The position numbers and the translations under genes were made by a program. A stretch of 61,223 nt of DNA, the filler included. It is 7 parts of 7 records of this genome, joined end to end, with 100 filler letters (N's around TTAATTAATTAA, not from the genome) between each part and the next. Parts side by side here need not be neighbours in the genome. Positions count along the whole stretch, not along the records: positions 1 to 10,626 come from SRR31156797_52853; positions 10,727 to 22,735 come from SRR31156797_52916; 5 more parts are not named here. One strand, written 5' to 3'. Below the pieces are notes generated by a model. That model made no database searches. It had not been told where the DNA came from and worked only from the letters and a program-made list of their open reading frames with translations. This document shows positions 10,534-20,816 of this stretch, piece by piece. Position 1 is the stretch's first letter. Each line of letters starts with the position of its first letter.

Positions 10534-10567
10534 TGCTATAATAACAGGGGCGCTTGGGGAGCGCCCC
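10534..10567 (+). promoter_or_regulatory. Extended -10 promoter (TGcTATAAT) followed by a GC hairpin
   Basis: TGCTATAAT at 10534-10542; GGGGCGCT-TGGGG-AGCGCCCC at 10547-10567. Confidence 0.45.
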
Positions 10568-10626
10568 AAATTATAAACAATGGTTTTCCGTTATTGATTA
10601 TAGTGGTTCTCAAAAGTATTTTCCAA

Positions 10627-10726
10627 NNNNNNNNNNNNNNNNNNNNNNNNNNNNNNNNNNNNNNNNNNNNTTAATTAATTAANNNNNNNNNNNNNNNNNN
10701 NNNNNNNNNNNNNNNNNNNNNNNNNN
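10627..10726. other. Artificial contig spacer
   Basis: N run / TTAATTAATTAA / N run; composition changes across it. Confidence 0.99.
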
Positions 10727-10811
10727 CAGCACCTTTGACCCTTACTTTTGTAATTCTGGCTTTTTCACCAGGTTTTAATGTATCAAGTGTGGTTTCCTCT
10801 GTCTCTGGCAA
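10727..10811 (-). CDS. feoA: FeoA-domain ferrous iron transport protein, 5' part only (cut by contig end)
   Basis: Manual translation from TTG at 10811: (M)PETEETTLDTLKPGEKARITKVRVKGA, typical FeoA N-terminus; next to a DtxR-family regulator. Confidence 0.75.
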
Positions 10812-10865
10812 GTCATTCCCTGTCCTTTTTGATGATACTTTTAATCGGTTTTTTTGTATATAGCG

Positions 10866-10884
10866 ATTTCGCCTTGCCTAATTT
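10866..10884 (-). promoter_or_regulatory. Candidate DtxR-family operator beside the feoA TATA box
   Basis: Minus strand AAATTAGGCAAGGCGAAAT, an imperfect palindrome with a TTAGG half-site, just upstream of CTATATA (10857-10863). Confidence 0.55.
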
Positions 10885-10989
10885 ATTTTTGTATACAAAA
10901 ATTAAATGCCTGTGGCTTTTGCTTATGTGTATTTGTGAACAAAGAAATGTTAAGAAAAAAAGATATGGAAAAGAGAAGCTTTTGGCAAG

Positions 10990-11481
10990 TTATACTTCTG
11001 GTTTTTTCTTTCCATGAACAGGACAGGTTTCTTTTGCAATAGGTTTGCAGTCAACATAGTCTCCTGTTTCACGATAGTAATTGAAGTGATCAAGCCAGTA
11101 AGGCCATTCATCCTTTTTATTTATGAATTCAACGAATTTGGTGAGAAGGTCAAAAGTTTCAGGAGCAAGTACATGTTCTATTTTACAGGCATCATGGTCT
11201 GCATTTTCTTCATCAAGACCAAGTATCTCAAGAAAATCCCTGATAACGCTGTGTTTTTCCATGGTGCATTTAGCAATTCTTTCACCTTCAGGTGTGAGGG
11301 TTACACCGCCGTATTTCTCATAATTGATATATCCCATTTTGGTAAGCTTTTTGAACATGCCCGTAACACTGGGTGAACTGATATCCAGTTCCCTTGATAC
11401 GTCTTTAACCTGTGCATAGCCTTTTCTTTCGATTATCTTTTCGATCACTTTTAGATAATCTTCTGTTCTCTCAGTTGTCAT
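10990..11481 (-). CDS. DtxR/MntR-family metal-dependent transcriptional regulator
   Basis: EDYLKVI, HTH with SPSVTGM, YEKYGGVTLT, DACKIEH metal site. Confidence 0.92.
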   Translation of the reverse strand: MTTERTEDYLKVIEKIIERKGYAQVKDVSRELDISSPSVTGMFKKLTKMGYINYEKYGGVTLTPEGERIAKCTMEKHSVIRDFLEILGLDEENADHDACKIEHVLAPETFDLLTKFVEFINKKDEWPYWLDHFNYYRETGDYVDCKPIAKETCPVHGKKKPEV

Positions 11482-11541
11482 GTCAAAAACTACCTTTTTT
11501 TGGTTGCCCTATTCTTGTTAGAAATGAGATAAAGGTAGTAT

Positions 11542-11555
11542 ATAAGCATGCCTAT
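11542..11555 (-). promoter_or_regulatory. Second candidate DtxR operator overlapping the regulator's own TATA box
   Basis: Minus strand ATAGGCATGCTTAT palindrome running into TTATATA. Confidence 0.45.
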
Positions 11556-11613
11556 CTTTTTCTAATTCCATCCAATTTATTCATGCATGCAAGTACAAAT
11601 ATCCAGGTTTTCC

Positions 11614-12756
11614 CTATGGATTAAGGTAATTCTGCAGTCTGTCCATTCCCTCTTTAATATTTTCAAGGCTGTTGGCATACGAAAAACGCAGGTGGCCTTC
11701 CGCTCCCTGCCCAAAATCAATCCCGGGTGTTACGGCAACTCCAATCCCTTCCAATATTTTCCGGCTCATCTCAAGAGAGTCATCACCAAACATGCGGGCA
11801 TCAGCAAGTACATAATACGCTCCCTTAGGTTCGGTCTTTACTTCAAACCCTATCCCCCTCAGTCTTTTGATAAGGTAAAGACGTCTCCTATTATATGTAT
11901 CAAGCATTTCCCCAATCTGCTCCTGCGGACCTTCAAGTGCTGCAATTCCTGCATACTGCACAAAAGTATTGGTTGATATGAAGAGGTTCTGCTGAATTTT
12001 CTGTAGCGTTCTTATATATTGCTTTGGTGAAATCAGATATCCAAGACGCCATCCCGTCATGGCATAGAGTTTTGAGAACCCATTGAGTACAAATGCATTA
12101 TCTGTGTACTCTAATATAGTGTGGTCTTCACCTTCGTACACAAGTCCCTGGTATATCTCATCTGATATGATAGGTACATCGCCGGCAACTTCAGACATTT
12201 TACTTAAAATCTCACCCGGCATTACCTGGCCTGTGGGGTTGGATGGCGAATTAATAAGTATTGCCTTTGTTTTTGGATTGATATGCCCGGCGACTTCATC
12301 TGGCTGAAGTATGAAACCATTCTCCTCATTTGTGTATATGAAGTCAGGTGTGCCACCTACTGTCGTTACAAAGTTCGGATAACAGGCATAGTGAGGATTG
12401 GACATTATAATCTCGTCCCCTGCATCCATAAGTGCAAGAAAAAGTAAAAGCATTGCAGGACTTGTACCTGATGTGACTATTATCTGTTCAGGATTTATGT
12501 CTACATTGAACTTGTTTTTGTAGTTCCTGGCAATAGCCTGCCTGAGTTCAATAAGACCCTGACTGTGAGTATATTTGGTGTTACCTGCACACATTGCTGC
12601 ATTTGCCGCATCGCAGATGTGTGGAGCAGTAGGAAAATCAGGTTCCCCAATTTCTAGGTGAATTATACTCCGGCCCTCGTTTTCGAGCTGTTGCGCTCTC
12701 TCAAGTACTTCCATAACATAAAAAGGTGGAATGTTTGCAACTTTTTCAGATAACAT
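11614..12756 (-). CDS. PLP-dependent aminotransferase class I/II (aspartate aminotransferase-like)
   Basis: GEPDF, NSPSNPTG, SDEIY, SKLYAMTGWRLG PLP-lysine motif. Confidence 0.93.
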   Translation of the reverse strand: MLSEKVANIPPFYVMEVLERAQQLENEGRSIIHLEIGEPDFPTAPHICDAANAAMCAGNTKYTHSQGLIELRQAIARNYKNKFNVDINPEQIIVTSGTSPAMLLLFLALMDAGDEIIMSNPHYACYPNFVTTVGGTPDFIYTNEENGFILQPDEVAGHINPKTKAILINSPSNPTGQVMPGEILSKMSEVAGDVPIISDEIYQGLVYEGEDHTILEYTDNAFVLNGFSKLYAMTGWRLGYLISPKQYIRTLQKIQQNLFISTNTFVQYAGIAALEGPQEQIGEMLDTYNRRRLYLIKRLRGIGFEVKTEPKGAYYVLADARMFGDDSLEMSRKILEGIGVAVTPGIDFGQGAEGHLRFSYANSLENIKEGMDRLQNYLNP

Positions 12757-12901
12757 AATACTCGTCGTCCCTTAGGATTCTAGGTTCAGGATTGAGCCGG
12801 AACGATAAAAGATTTTTGTCCAGAACAAACAATAGAAAAAAAGATGCTGGCATCAAAGCCAGCATAAAGTTTTGGATTTTCGTGTTAGTATTATTTATAT
12901 T

Positions 12902-13822
12902 TTACTTTCTGGCCTTTGCATACTCAACAAGGGCCTCCTTTATACCCCACTTGAAAGCGACTACTACTGCAAATCCCCAGGCAAGAGGACCAACAAATAT
13001 GTAGAAGATGCTTGTGTCTATGAGCATTGCATCAAGTGCAAGCATTACTACAATGAATGCAAGGAATCCGCGAAGAGCCGGAATCCATACATTACTTCCT
13101 TCAACATTCATATTCTCAAGCATGCTTCCCATGTAGTCTGCAAAAAAGTCTATTATCAGCAATCCCATCAGCAATATTATGACACCAACAAAGAGGTTTG
13201 GCAAATAGTTAATGAAGGACTGCACAACTTCTGCTATAATATAAAGTTCAAGGATGTTCAGCGCTGCTGTGATAAATATCAGATATCCAAATGCCCTTAC
13301 TATTCCTGCAAGGATGCTTGATATTGACACATTGCTTGAGCTAAGGGCACTTCCCATACTTGTGCTTCCCACCCGCTCATCGACTCCTGATGCAACAAGT
13401 ACGTTCTTTATAAGATCGGAAAGGAAATCAACTAAAAGCAGCCCAATCAAAAGTACAACTATTGCAGAAAGTACCAGTGGTATATAGAGTATTATCGTTG
13501 TAATAAAGTCTGCAACTATCTGGATATTTAGAAGGTCGATAATTATAACTGCAAATATTAAGTAAACAAACCATCTGATCACAGCATCAAAGAGTCCCAC
13601 AGTTGTTGTTTGCGTTCTTTCTATCATGTCTCCAATAGTTGTTTTGTCTATAAGGTCATCGAGTCCTACTTTGTCAAGTATCTTTGATCCAATCTTTCCA
13701 AGTGCTTTTCCTACAATAGCTCCTACGATCAATAGCAGTATAACAGCTATCAATGTAGGAATAAAAGCTATTGCCTGATCTAACATAGCGTATATACTAT
13801 CCAGTATTGGCGATTCTACCAT
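12902..13822 (-). CDS. TM-helix repeat membrane protein (CmpX / MscS-associated type)
   Basis: Three repeats of a (F/Y)(I/L)P-initiated TM unit; very hydrophobic. Confidence 0.7.
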   Translation of the reverse strand: MVESPILDSIYAMLDQAIAFIPTLIAVILLLIVGAIVGKALGKIGSKILDKVGLDDLIDKTTIGDMIERTQTTTVGLFDAVIRWFVYLIFAVIIIDLLNIQIVADFITTIILYIPLVLSAIVVLLIGLLLVDFLSDLIKNVLVASGVDERVGSTSMGSALSSSNVSISSILAGIVRAFGYLIFITAALNILELYIIAEVVQSFINYLPNLFVGVIILLMGLLIIDFFADYMGSMLENMNVEGSNVWIPALRGFLAFIVVMLALDAMLIDTSIFYIFVGPLAWGFAVVVAFKWGIKEALVEYAKARK

Positions 13823-14117
13823 ATTTTAACCTCATGTGCTCATTCAAATCCGGAAATTGAGAAGTTCCCGGCGTAACCCCGTTTTACATAAAACACTCTA
13901 AAATTAATGATATATAAATGTACTTTCTTGTTTAATTAGGACTGAATTGCAGCTAACTGTTAAATATAATATATATTAAAACTATAACACAGCAATTAAT
14001 ATTATTGTAAAAAATTCAAAGTTGCAACTGTAGCTACATCTGTTGTATATGTGTAATTAGATTAACTCTTAAATCGCCAAAATAATCAGGACAACTCAAG
14101 TCGCCCATTTATTAGAA

Positions 14118-14225
14118 TTACAGGCTGACAAGTCCGGCAATGGCAACTACAGCAACTACCATGAGTATATACAGAAATACCATGATCCCTACTTTTTTTG
14201 TGCTGACAATGGCTTCGTTATTCAT
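14118..14225 (-). CDS. 35-aa single-TM small protein (below ORF-track cutoff)
   Basis: MNNEAIVSTKKVGIMVFLYILMVVAVVAIAGLVSL*; SD GGAGTGG 5 nt before ATG. Confidence 0.65.
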   Translation of the reverse strand: MNNEAIVSTKKVGIMVFLYILMVVAVVAIAGLVSL

Positions 14226-14567
14226 AGATTCCACTCCATATTAATATATGTGTTTACAATATATTAATTATTTTTAAGCATTTGATATACATAATACAGT
14301 GTATACTTTGCTATGGAATGATAGATTACCAGGATCCATACTACTTTCCTGTTTCAACTTCAAATCAAAAACTTATAATAAAAAACTTCTTAATGAGAAA
14401 CATCAGACGTGGGGATGGTCTCACAGGACAGATCGGTTTTCAAAGCATCAGCTTAAAAGACCAGCCTATCCACTCCGCTTGAACAAATGGAATAGTGAGA
14501 CGACAGATTGAATAACAATTCACCCCCCACAAATGGTTCTTGTTCCTGAGTTTCGAAAAGAACTTCA

Positions 14568-14888
14568 TCAATTTTGATATAAGGATTCTGCCATTCCTGT
14601 TTTATTTTGACTATTCATCAAAACAAGTGCAAAGTACAGCACTGCACCCAGAATATTAAGAAAAATTAAAGTAATTGCCCATATCAGTTTTTCATGTTGA
14701 CCGTTTATCGGGAAATCATTTTCTTTTCTTTGCAGGCAATCCACAAGCATCAATATCCAGAAAATACCAGCAAAAAGCAGCAGAAGTGGACCTATGGCCA
14801 TCCCAAGCAAAGGTGCAATTACTAAAATTAAAACTGCAAAAACTACTGCCACTCCCGGCATTAAATGCTTAAATGATTTCTGATTCAT
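14568..14888 (-). CDS. PLDc N-terminal domain small membrane protein
   Basis: WILMLVDCLQR...EKLIWAITLIFLNILGAVLYF motif; SD GGTGG. Confidence 0.8.
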   Translation of the reverse strand: MNQKSFKHLMPGVAVVFAVLILVIAPLLGMAIGPLLLLFAGIFWILMLVDCLQRKENDFPINGQHEKLIWAITLIFLNILGAVLYFALVLMNSQNKTGMAESLYQN

Positions 14889-14908
14889 ATTTCCACCTTT
14901 TTATTTCG

Positions 14909-15223
14909 CTATTCGGATAAAACAGGCGTTGAGCCTTTCTTTTTGTAACTATTCAAAACAAGGACAAAATACAAAATTGCACCGGCAACATTCAGGAATA
15001 TCAAAGTAATGATCCATATTAACTTTTCATTCCTCCCTGTGTGGGGAAAACTGTTTTCACTTCTTTGCAGGCAATCAATGATCATCAGTAACCAAAAGAT
15101 AATAGCAACAGCGAAAATACCGAGAAGTAGCTGTCCGATATATGCCGAAATGGGAATAATGATCAAAATACATAATATGAATGCTGCCTGAATGTTTGTC
15201 TGTCCTGATATTTTCTGATCCAA
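14909..15223 (-). CDS. PLDc N-terminal domain small membrane protein (tandem paralog)
   Basis: WLLMIIDCLQR...EKLIWIITLIFLNVAGAILYF, closely similar to its neighbour. Confidence 0.78.
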   Translation of the reverse strand: MDQKISGQTNIQAAFILCILIIIPISAYIGQLLLGIFAVAIIFWLLMIIDCLQRSENSFPHTGRNEKLIWIITLIFLNVAGAILYFVLVLNSYKKKGSTPVLSE

Positions 15224-15707
15224 ATATGATCCCTTCTACGCCTGGTATTCTTTTCAGTCACTCTGATTTTAAAAAATTTGACCTACATAACAAAATATAA
15301 GTAATTATAATTAAATTTAATTCTAGTGTCCATCATAGATAAAGTTTTTTATTGAAAATTAACCATGACAATTTCTACTCATTTTTGAAAGGAATCGTTT
15401 GTCTTTGAACTCAGCAATTTCCAAAAACTGCAGCAATCCAATAGTCTTCAGGACAATAATGGAGGAACGGGACGCCTGCGGCGGGTGGTTGATTTTTTAT
15501 TTGTGTGTTAATAATTTTTTTGCAAAACTATCAGAAACACAAGGATGTGGCACAATAAGTTTGACTAACCGAAGGTCAGAATGGCTAAAATCATCCAGGA
15601 AGGTTCTAGAGAAGCCGATGCGATTTGATAAGATGAATAAAATAATGAATAAAATAATCTTTTGTTGAATACTCGTGCTCAATATACTTAAAAAAAAGAG
15701 GAGGTAG

Positions 15708-17042
15708 TTACCTCTTCAGTTTAGCAACTACCATATCAACCTGCTCCACGGCAGTACCAATATACTTGTCTGGGTCCACAAGGTTGATGATATCCTCTTC
15801 ACTCAGGTAGTTCGCAACTTCCTTGTTTGCCAGCAGTACATCCTTGAAATGTGCTCCTGTCTCATGGGCTTCCATTGCACTGGAACGCACGATCTCGTGT
15901 GCTTCCTGCCGACCGACACCACGCATTGCAAGTTCGATCATCACAGCTTCACCCATGTTCAGACCTTTTAACAGATCAAGGTTACGGCGGATATTCTCAG
16001 GATAGAATCTCAGGTTCTCGATAACACCGATTCCCAATTTGATGATATGATCTGTGAGCACACATGCTTCAGGGAAAACGATTCTTTCACATGAGGAATT
16101 GGTCAGATCCCTTTCATCCCAGAGTGTATTGTTCTGAAGTTCGGGCTCGATCATGGCACGGACGATCCTTGCAAGACCACAAATCTGTTCGGACTTGATA
16201 GGGTTACGCTTGTGTGGCATTGTGGAAGAGCCGACTTGCTTCTTCCTGAAACTCTCCTCTACCTCAGCTAGCTCACTTCTCTGCAGGGAACGGAACTCAA
16301 CAGCAATTTTATCAAGGGTCGTTACGGTGTTTGCCATCCACATGACAAACTCTGCATGGCGATCCCTCTGGATAATCTGGTTGGAAACATCAACTGATCC
16401 AATCTCCAGATATTCCATTACACGCTTCTGGATCTCAATACCATCCTTGCCAAATGCAGCCTGGGTACCTACTGCACCTGTCATCTGACCTACGATGAGA
16501 CGTGGTTTGAGCTGTTCGAGACGCTCGATGTGTCTTGCAACCTCGGATGCCCAGATTGCAAACCTCAGACCATATGTTGTAGGGACACCGATCTGTCCGT
16601 GTGTCCTTCCGGCGCATACAAGGTTCTTGTGGGTGTCTGCCTGAAGAAGAAGTACGTCGAGCAGTTTGTGGATTTTCACTTCAAGGATCTGCACAGCTTC
16701 CTTTAACTGAAGACCTGTTGCAGTATCCAGCATATCGTTGGATGTTGCACCGAAGTGTACCCACTTGTCAGCATTCTCCTCACATTTTTCAGAGATAGCA
16801 AGCACAACTGCCATCATGTCGTGGTGGATCTCATCTTCTATCGCCTTCACTCTTTCAAGCTCAACAGAACCAATACTGTTCTCTATTATATCTGCAGCTT
16901 CCTTAGGAATAAGTCCGATATCTGCTTCAGCTCTTGCAAGTGCTGCTTCAGCTTTCATTATTTTTTCCAGGCGGTTTGCCTCACTCCAGACAAACTTCAT
17001 CTCGTCTGTTCCATAACGGTATTCTATAGGATGGATTGCCAT
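15708..17042 (-). CDS. purB: Adenylosuccinate lyase (archaeal/Bacillus type)
   Basis: HFGATSND, GRTHGQ, signature GSSTMPHKRNP, ERDLTNS. Confidence 0.96.
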   Translation of the reverse strand: MAIHPIEYRYGTDEMKFVWSEANRLEKIMKAEAALARAEADIGLIPKEAADIIENSIGSVELERVKAIEDEIHHDMMAVVLAISEKCEENADKWVHFGATSNDMLDTATGLQLKEAVQILEVKIHKLLDVLLLQADTHKNLVCAGRTHGQIGVPTTYGLRFAIWASEVARHIERLEQLKPRLIVGQMTGAVGTQAAFGKDGIEIQKRVMEYLEIGSVDVSNQIIQRDRHAEFVMWMANTVTTLDKIAVEFRSLQRSELAEVEESFRKKQVGSSTMPHKRNPIKSEQICGLARIVRAMIEPELQNNTLWDERDLTNSSCERIVFPEACVLTDHIIKLGIGVIENLRFYPENIRRNLDLLKGLNMGEAVMIELAMRGVGRQEAHEIVRSSAMEAHETGAHFKDVLLANKEVANYLSEEDIINLVDPDKYIGTAVEQVDMVVAKLKR

Positions 17043-17198
17043 TTATTGAATCTCCATGATATTGATATCAATTATAGTTTCATATACAACTCTATTATAG
17101 ATATCATTCAAATTAACAGTAATGCCACTGCTATATAGATCTACTAATAAATAGGCTTTGTATGGACTAAAAAAAGAGGGAACTAAGTATTAGAGGAA

Positions 17199-17399
17199 TC
17201 AGTTTTTATCGTCTTTAAATTCAATTTCAATATGAGAACCGTCACAAAAAGGTTTGTTCTTTGACGAGCCGCATCTGCAAAGTGTTACAACAGCTTGTGT
17301 TTCAAGAGACTCTCCCTTTGAATTCACAAGTGTGCTGAGATTTTTCACAATATAAGGTCCGTTCTTGCTTACTTCGATAGAGGTTTCATTGTCACTCAT
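17199..17399 (-). CDS. CDGSH iron-sulfur domain protein
   Basis: NGPYIV...LCRCGSSKNKPFCDGSH. Confidence 0.92.
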   Translation of the reverse strand: MSDNETSIEVSKNGPYIVKNLSTLVNSKGESLETQAVVTLCRCGSSKNKPFCDGSHIEIEFKDDKN

Positions 17400-17614
17400 A
17401 CTTAAACTCCAGAGATACTATGTTTTTGATCGTTATAAAACATTCTTTGTGCTGTCTTATAAAATATTTGATCATTTGAGAGTAAACGATGGGTTTAAAT
17501 ATTATTGCATAGGAAGAGAGAAAGATACTGCAGACATCCGATTAATGATATATAAATATAGGTGGAACTATGGAACACATAATCAAATCAAAAAGAACAG
17601 GAATGGTGATCTAA

Positions 17615-18811
17615 ATGCCTCTGGATACAGGAGACACAGCATTTATCATCATCTGTACCGCCATGGTCATGTTAATGACACCCGGAGTCGGGCTTTTTTA
17701 TGGTGGAATGGTACGTAGTAAAAATATAATTTCCATGATCGCAATGGCTTTCATCTCATTTGCCGTTGTAAGCATTCAGTGGGTAACAATTGGTTATACT
17801 CTTTCCTTTGGATCGGACATATCCGGATTTATCGGAGGACTGGATCACCTCTGTCTGTCAGGCGTAGGTCTGGAAGGCGACGGTATCCCTGACATGCTAT
17901 TTATGGTATTCCAGCTTGTTTTCGCGGGAGTTACACTGGCAATCCTCACATCAGGTGTTGCCGGACGTATTAAATTAAGCTCATTTATAGTGCTTGGTGT
18001 GCTCTGGACAACTATTGTCTACGACCCACTTGCTCACTGGGCATGGGGAGGCGGCTGGGCCGGAGAACTTGGAGCACTTGACTTTGCAGGTGGAACTGTG
18101 GTCCACATCAGCTCCGGGTTCGGTGCACTTGCACTGGCACTTGTCATAGGCAACCGTTCAGGTTTTGGCAAATACAGCATGGAAGCTGAGAACATCACAA
18201 TGACCCTGGTGGGTGGAGCACTCCTCTGGTTCGGATGGTTCGCTTTCAACGCAGGAAGCGCACTTGCAGCAGACGGACTTGCTGTTAATGCCCTTGTAGT
18301 TACCAACATATCAGCAGCAGCCGGAGCGCTCACATGGATGGCAGCATCATGGCTCAAGGGCAAGCCAAGTTCCCTGGGTCTTATCAGTGGAGCTGTTGCC
18401 GGTCTTGTAGCTATCACACCAGCATCAGGATTTGTCGGACCTATGTCCGCAATAGTGATCGGTGGATTTGCAGGTATACTCTGTTACAGTGCACTTCTCT
18501 TCCGTGTAAGCAAGGGACTTGACGAGAGTCTTGATGCCTGGGCAGTACATGGAGTAGGCGGATTCTGGGGTGCGATCGCAACAGGAATATTCGCAACTGC
18601 CGCAATAGGTGGAGTGGACGGACTTATCTACGGAAATACACATCAGTTCCTGATACAGTTGCTTGACGCAACCGTTGCAATGCTATATGCATTTGTTATG
18701 ACGTACATAATTGCAACAGTCATAGACAAGACAATGGGACTGCGCGTGACCGACGAAGAAGAATATGTTGGACTTGATATATCCCAACATGGAGAATCTA
18801 CAACAGCCTGA
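17615..18811 (+). CDS. amtB: Ammonium transporter
   Basis: [49 protein letters not shown]. Confidence 0.96.
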   Translation: MPLDTGDTAFIIICTAMVMLMTPGVGLFYGGMVRSKNIISMIAMAFISFAVVSIQWVTIGYTLSFGSDISGFIGGLDHLCLSGVGLEGDGIPDMLFMVFQLVFAGVTLAILTSGVAGRIKLSSFIVLGVLWTTIVYDPLAHWAWGGGWAGELGALDFAGGTVVHISSGFGALALALVIGNRSGFGKYSMEAENITMTLVGGALLWFGWFAFNAGSALAADGLAVNALVVTNISAAAGALTWMAASWLKGKPSSLGLISGAVAGLVAITPASGFVGPMSAIVIGGFAGILCYSALLFRVSKGLDESLDAWAVHGVGGFWGAIATGIFATAAIGGVDGLIYGNTHQFLIQLLDATVAMLYAFVMTYIIATVIDKTMGLRVTDEEEYVGLDISQHGESTTA

Positions 18812-18821
18812 GGTGATATGA

Positions 18822-19155
<334 letters not shown>

Positions 19156-19157
<2 letters not shown>

Positions 19158-19190
19158 TATGAGGAACTTCCTCATATCTATTCTTTTTTA
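19156..19190 (+). terminator. Inverted repeat plus T-tract after glnK
   Basis: GATATGAGGAA-C-TTCCTCATATC followed by TTCTTTTTT. Confidence 0.7.
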
Positions 19191-19393
19191 GTCAGGAAAA
19201 CGGCCTGAAAAATTATCGCATATTCATCCTTATACTCAACCTTGATTTATTCTTATACTCAACCTCATATTTGCCTTCAATATATGATCCACACTTGTCC
19301 TATATATTTTATGGAAACTCCATATCGCATATAGATCAATTATATATTACCTACATTCAATGTGCAAGCATCCATGATTTTGAAGGTGAGAAA

Positions 19394-19549
19394 ATAGGAA
19401 ATTTAGCAGACTTGCACACCCACACATGCTATTCTGATGGTGATCTTTCACCGGAAGAACTTGTCAGGCTTGCAGGGAACAAAGGAGTTAAGATACTGAG
19501 TATTACAGATCCAGATAACTTTGAGATCATTTTACGTACCATTCAATAG
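19394..19549 (+). pseudogene. Truncated PHP-domain phosphoesterase remnant
   Basis: ADLHTHTCYSDG...ILSITDPD (canonical TDHD has His replaced by Pro); SD GGTGAG followed by ATA instead of ATG; ends inside the convergent gene. Confidence 0.75.
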
Positions 19550-20021
19550 GTACAACGACCTCATCACCTTTTTTTCCGGCTCCGTAGAGTGGGATATCAA
19601 AACCGGTATTTTCAAGAAGAAGTACGGAAAGACCACAGCCCCCGCCCCTTAGAATACATTGCACGACCTTTGCCCTGAAACTGAAGTTATCACCTTCGGA
19701 ATCCCATGAAGGAACTTTTATTGTCACTATATCCCCAATATTTTCAGGTATTTTATCTTCAAATGGGGAAATTTTCCTGTAGTCAAGATCAAAACCGGTT
19801 CCTTTGAGATTATTCTCAACATCCCGGGGATTCAGGTCAAGTGCCTCTGCAATTTCGTCAGTAGAATAGCCGGTTTCATGAAGGAATTTAGTAGAACCTT
19901 TTTTCAGGTGGTCGAGATCAGAATACTTTAAAGGACGTGTTTCGCATAGCTTTCGCATTGATTCTACCTTTTTTTGATTTCTTTTAGCATCGTCCAGAAT
20001 GAATCCCCTTTGAATTTGCAA
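19527..20021 (-). CDS. Hypothetical protein with HTH-like segment
   Basis: 164-aa ORF directly after the GATase gene; GYSTDEIAEALDL resembles an HTH. Confidence 0.65.
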   Translation of the reverse strand: MQIQRGFILDDAKRNQKKVESMRKLCETRPLKYSDLDHLKKGSTKFLHETGYSTDEIAEALDLNPRDVENNLKGTGFDLDYRKISPFEDKIPENIGDIVTIKVPSWDSEGDNFSFRAKVVQCILRGGGCGLSVLLLENTGFDIPLYGAGKKGDEVVVPIEWYVK

Positions 20022-20023
20022 TT

Positions 20024-20737
20024 TTATTTTGTACTTGTTTTGTCTTCAAACCAGTCAAGGATGGAAAACATTAGTTTTGAAGAAAAAGCCAGATGTTCAG
20101 TCCTGCCCTGGATTTCTTCCTCCGGCTGAATATACCTGCCTTCCACAAGATCAGAAGCACAGTTGCTTAACAGGCTTTCAACGCATTCCTCATCACTTTC
20201 AGGATGGAATTGTACTGCAAGTATATTGTCCCTGTAAATAAATCCCTGCTCAGCACATGCCTGACTTTTAAATAGACGCGTTGCTCCATCAGGCAATGTA
20301 AATGTGTCGCCGTGCCACTGAAGTACTGTAAACTCTGAAGGACAGGTGAAGAGAGAGTCATTATTGAAAACATCAAGCGACTGTACCTTATGCCAGCCAA
20401 TTTCCCTGAATTGTCCTTTTGAAACTTTACCACCAAGAACTTCGGCTAGCATTTGGGCACCAAAGCATATCCCATAAACGGCTTTACCGGAATCAATAAC
20501 ATTCATGACAAACTCTTTTTCCTTAATCAGCCATGGATATTCATCCTCCTGGTAAACACTCATCAAGCCCCCCATTATTAGCAGAAGGTCAAAATCTCCA
20601 GGTTCAGGATAAAACGAATTCTCAGACGGCATTATCACCGACAAAGAATGGCCTTTATTGCATGCCCAATCTTTGATATTACCAAGTGTCTCAAATTCCA
20701 GATGAACCAGACAATGTATTCTCATAATATCACACAT
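20024..20737 (-). CDS. Type 1 glutamine amidotransferase
   Basis: GICFGAQ nucleophile elbow, WHGDTF, QFHPE triad. Confidence 0.92.
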   Translation of the reverse strand: MCDIMRIHCLVHLEFETLGNIKDWACNKGHSLSVIMPSENSFYPEPGDFDLLLIMGGLMSVYQEDEYPWLIKEKEFVMNVIDSGKAVYGICFGAQMLAEVLGGKVSKGQFREIGWHKVQSLDVFNNDSLFTCPSEFTVLQWHGDTFTLPDGATRLFKSQACAEQGFIYRDNILAVQFHPESDEECVESLLSNCASDLVEGRYIQPEEEIQGRTEHLAFSSKLMFSILDWFEDKTSTK

Positions 20738-20816
20738 GATGGAAATTCCTGCCCTTTAGCTTTTCTGAAAAACAGCAGAAAAAAATGATAAGAAATAGAA
20801 AATGCATATGTTAACA

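Noticed and set aside
14405..14480. Riboswitch-like GGGGATGG...GCATCAGC segment
   Set aside because: Order and strand of the motifs do not match the fluoride or any other riboswitch I can recognise
15399..15682. Short overlapping ORFs between the PLDc_N genes and purB
   Set aside because: No recognisable motif or SD; cannot be told apart from chance ORFs
17400..17615. NrpR operator upstream of amtB-glnK
   Set aside because: GGAA half-sites occur but there is no GGAA-N6-TTCC palindrome
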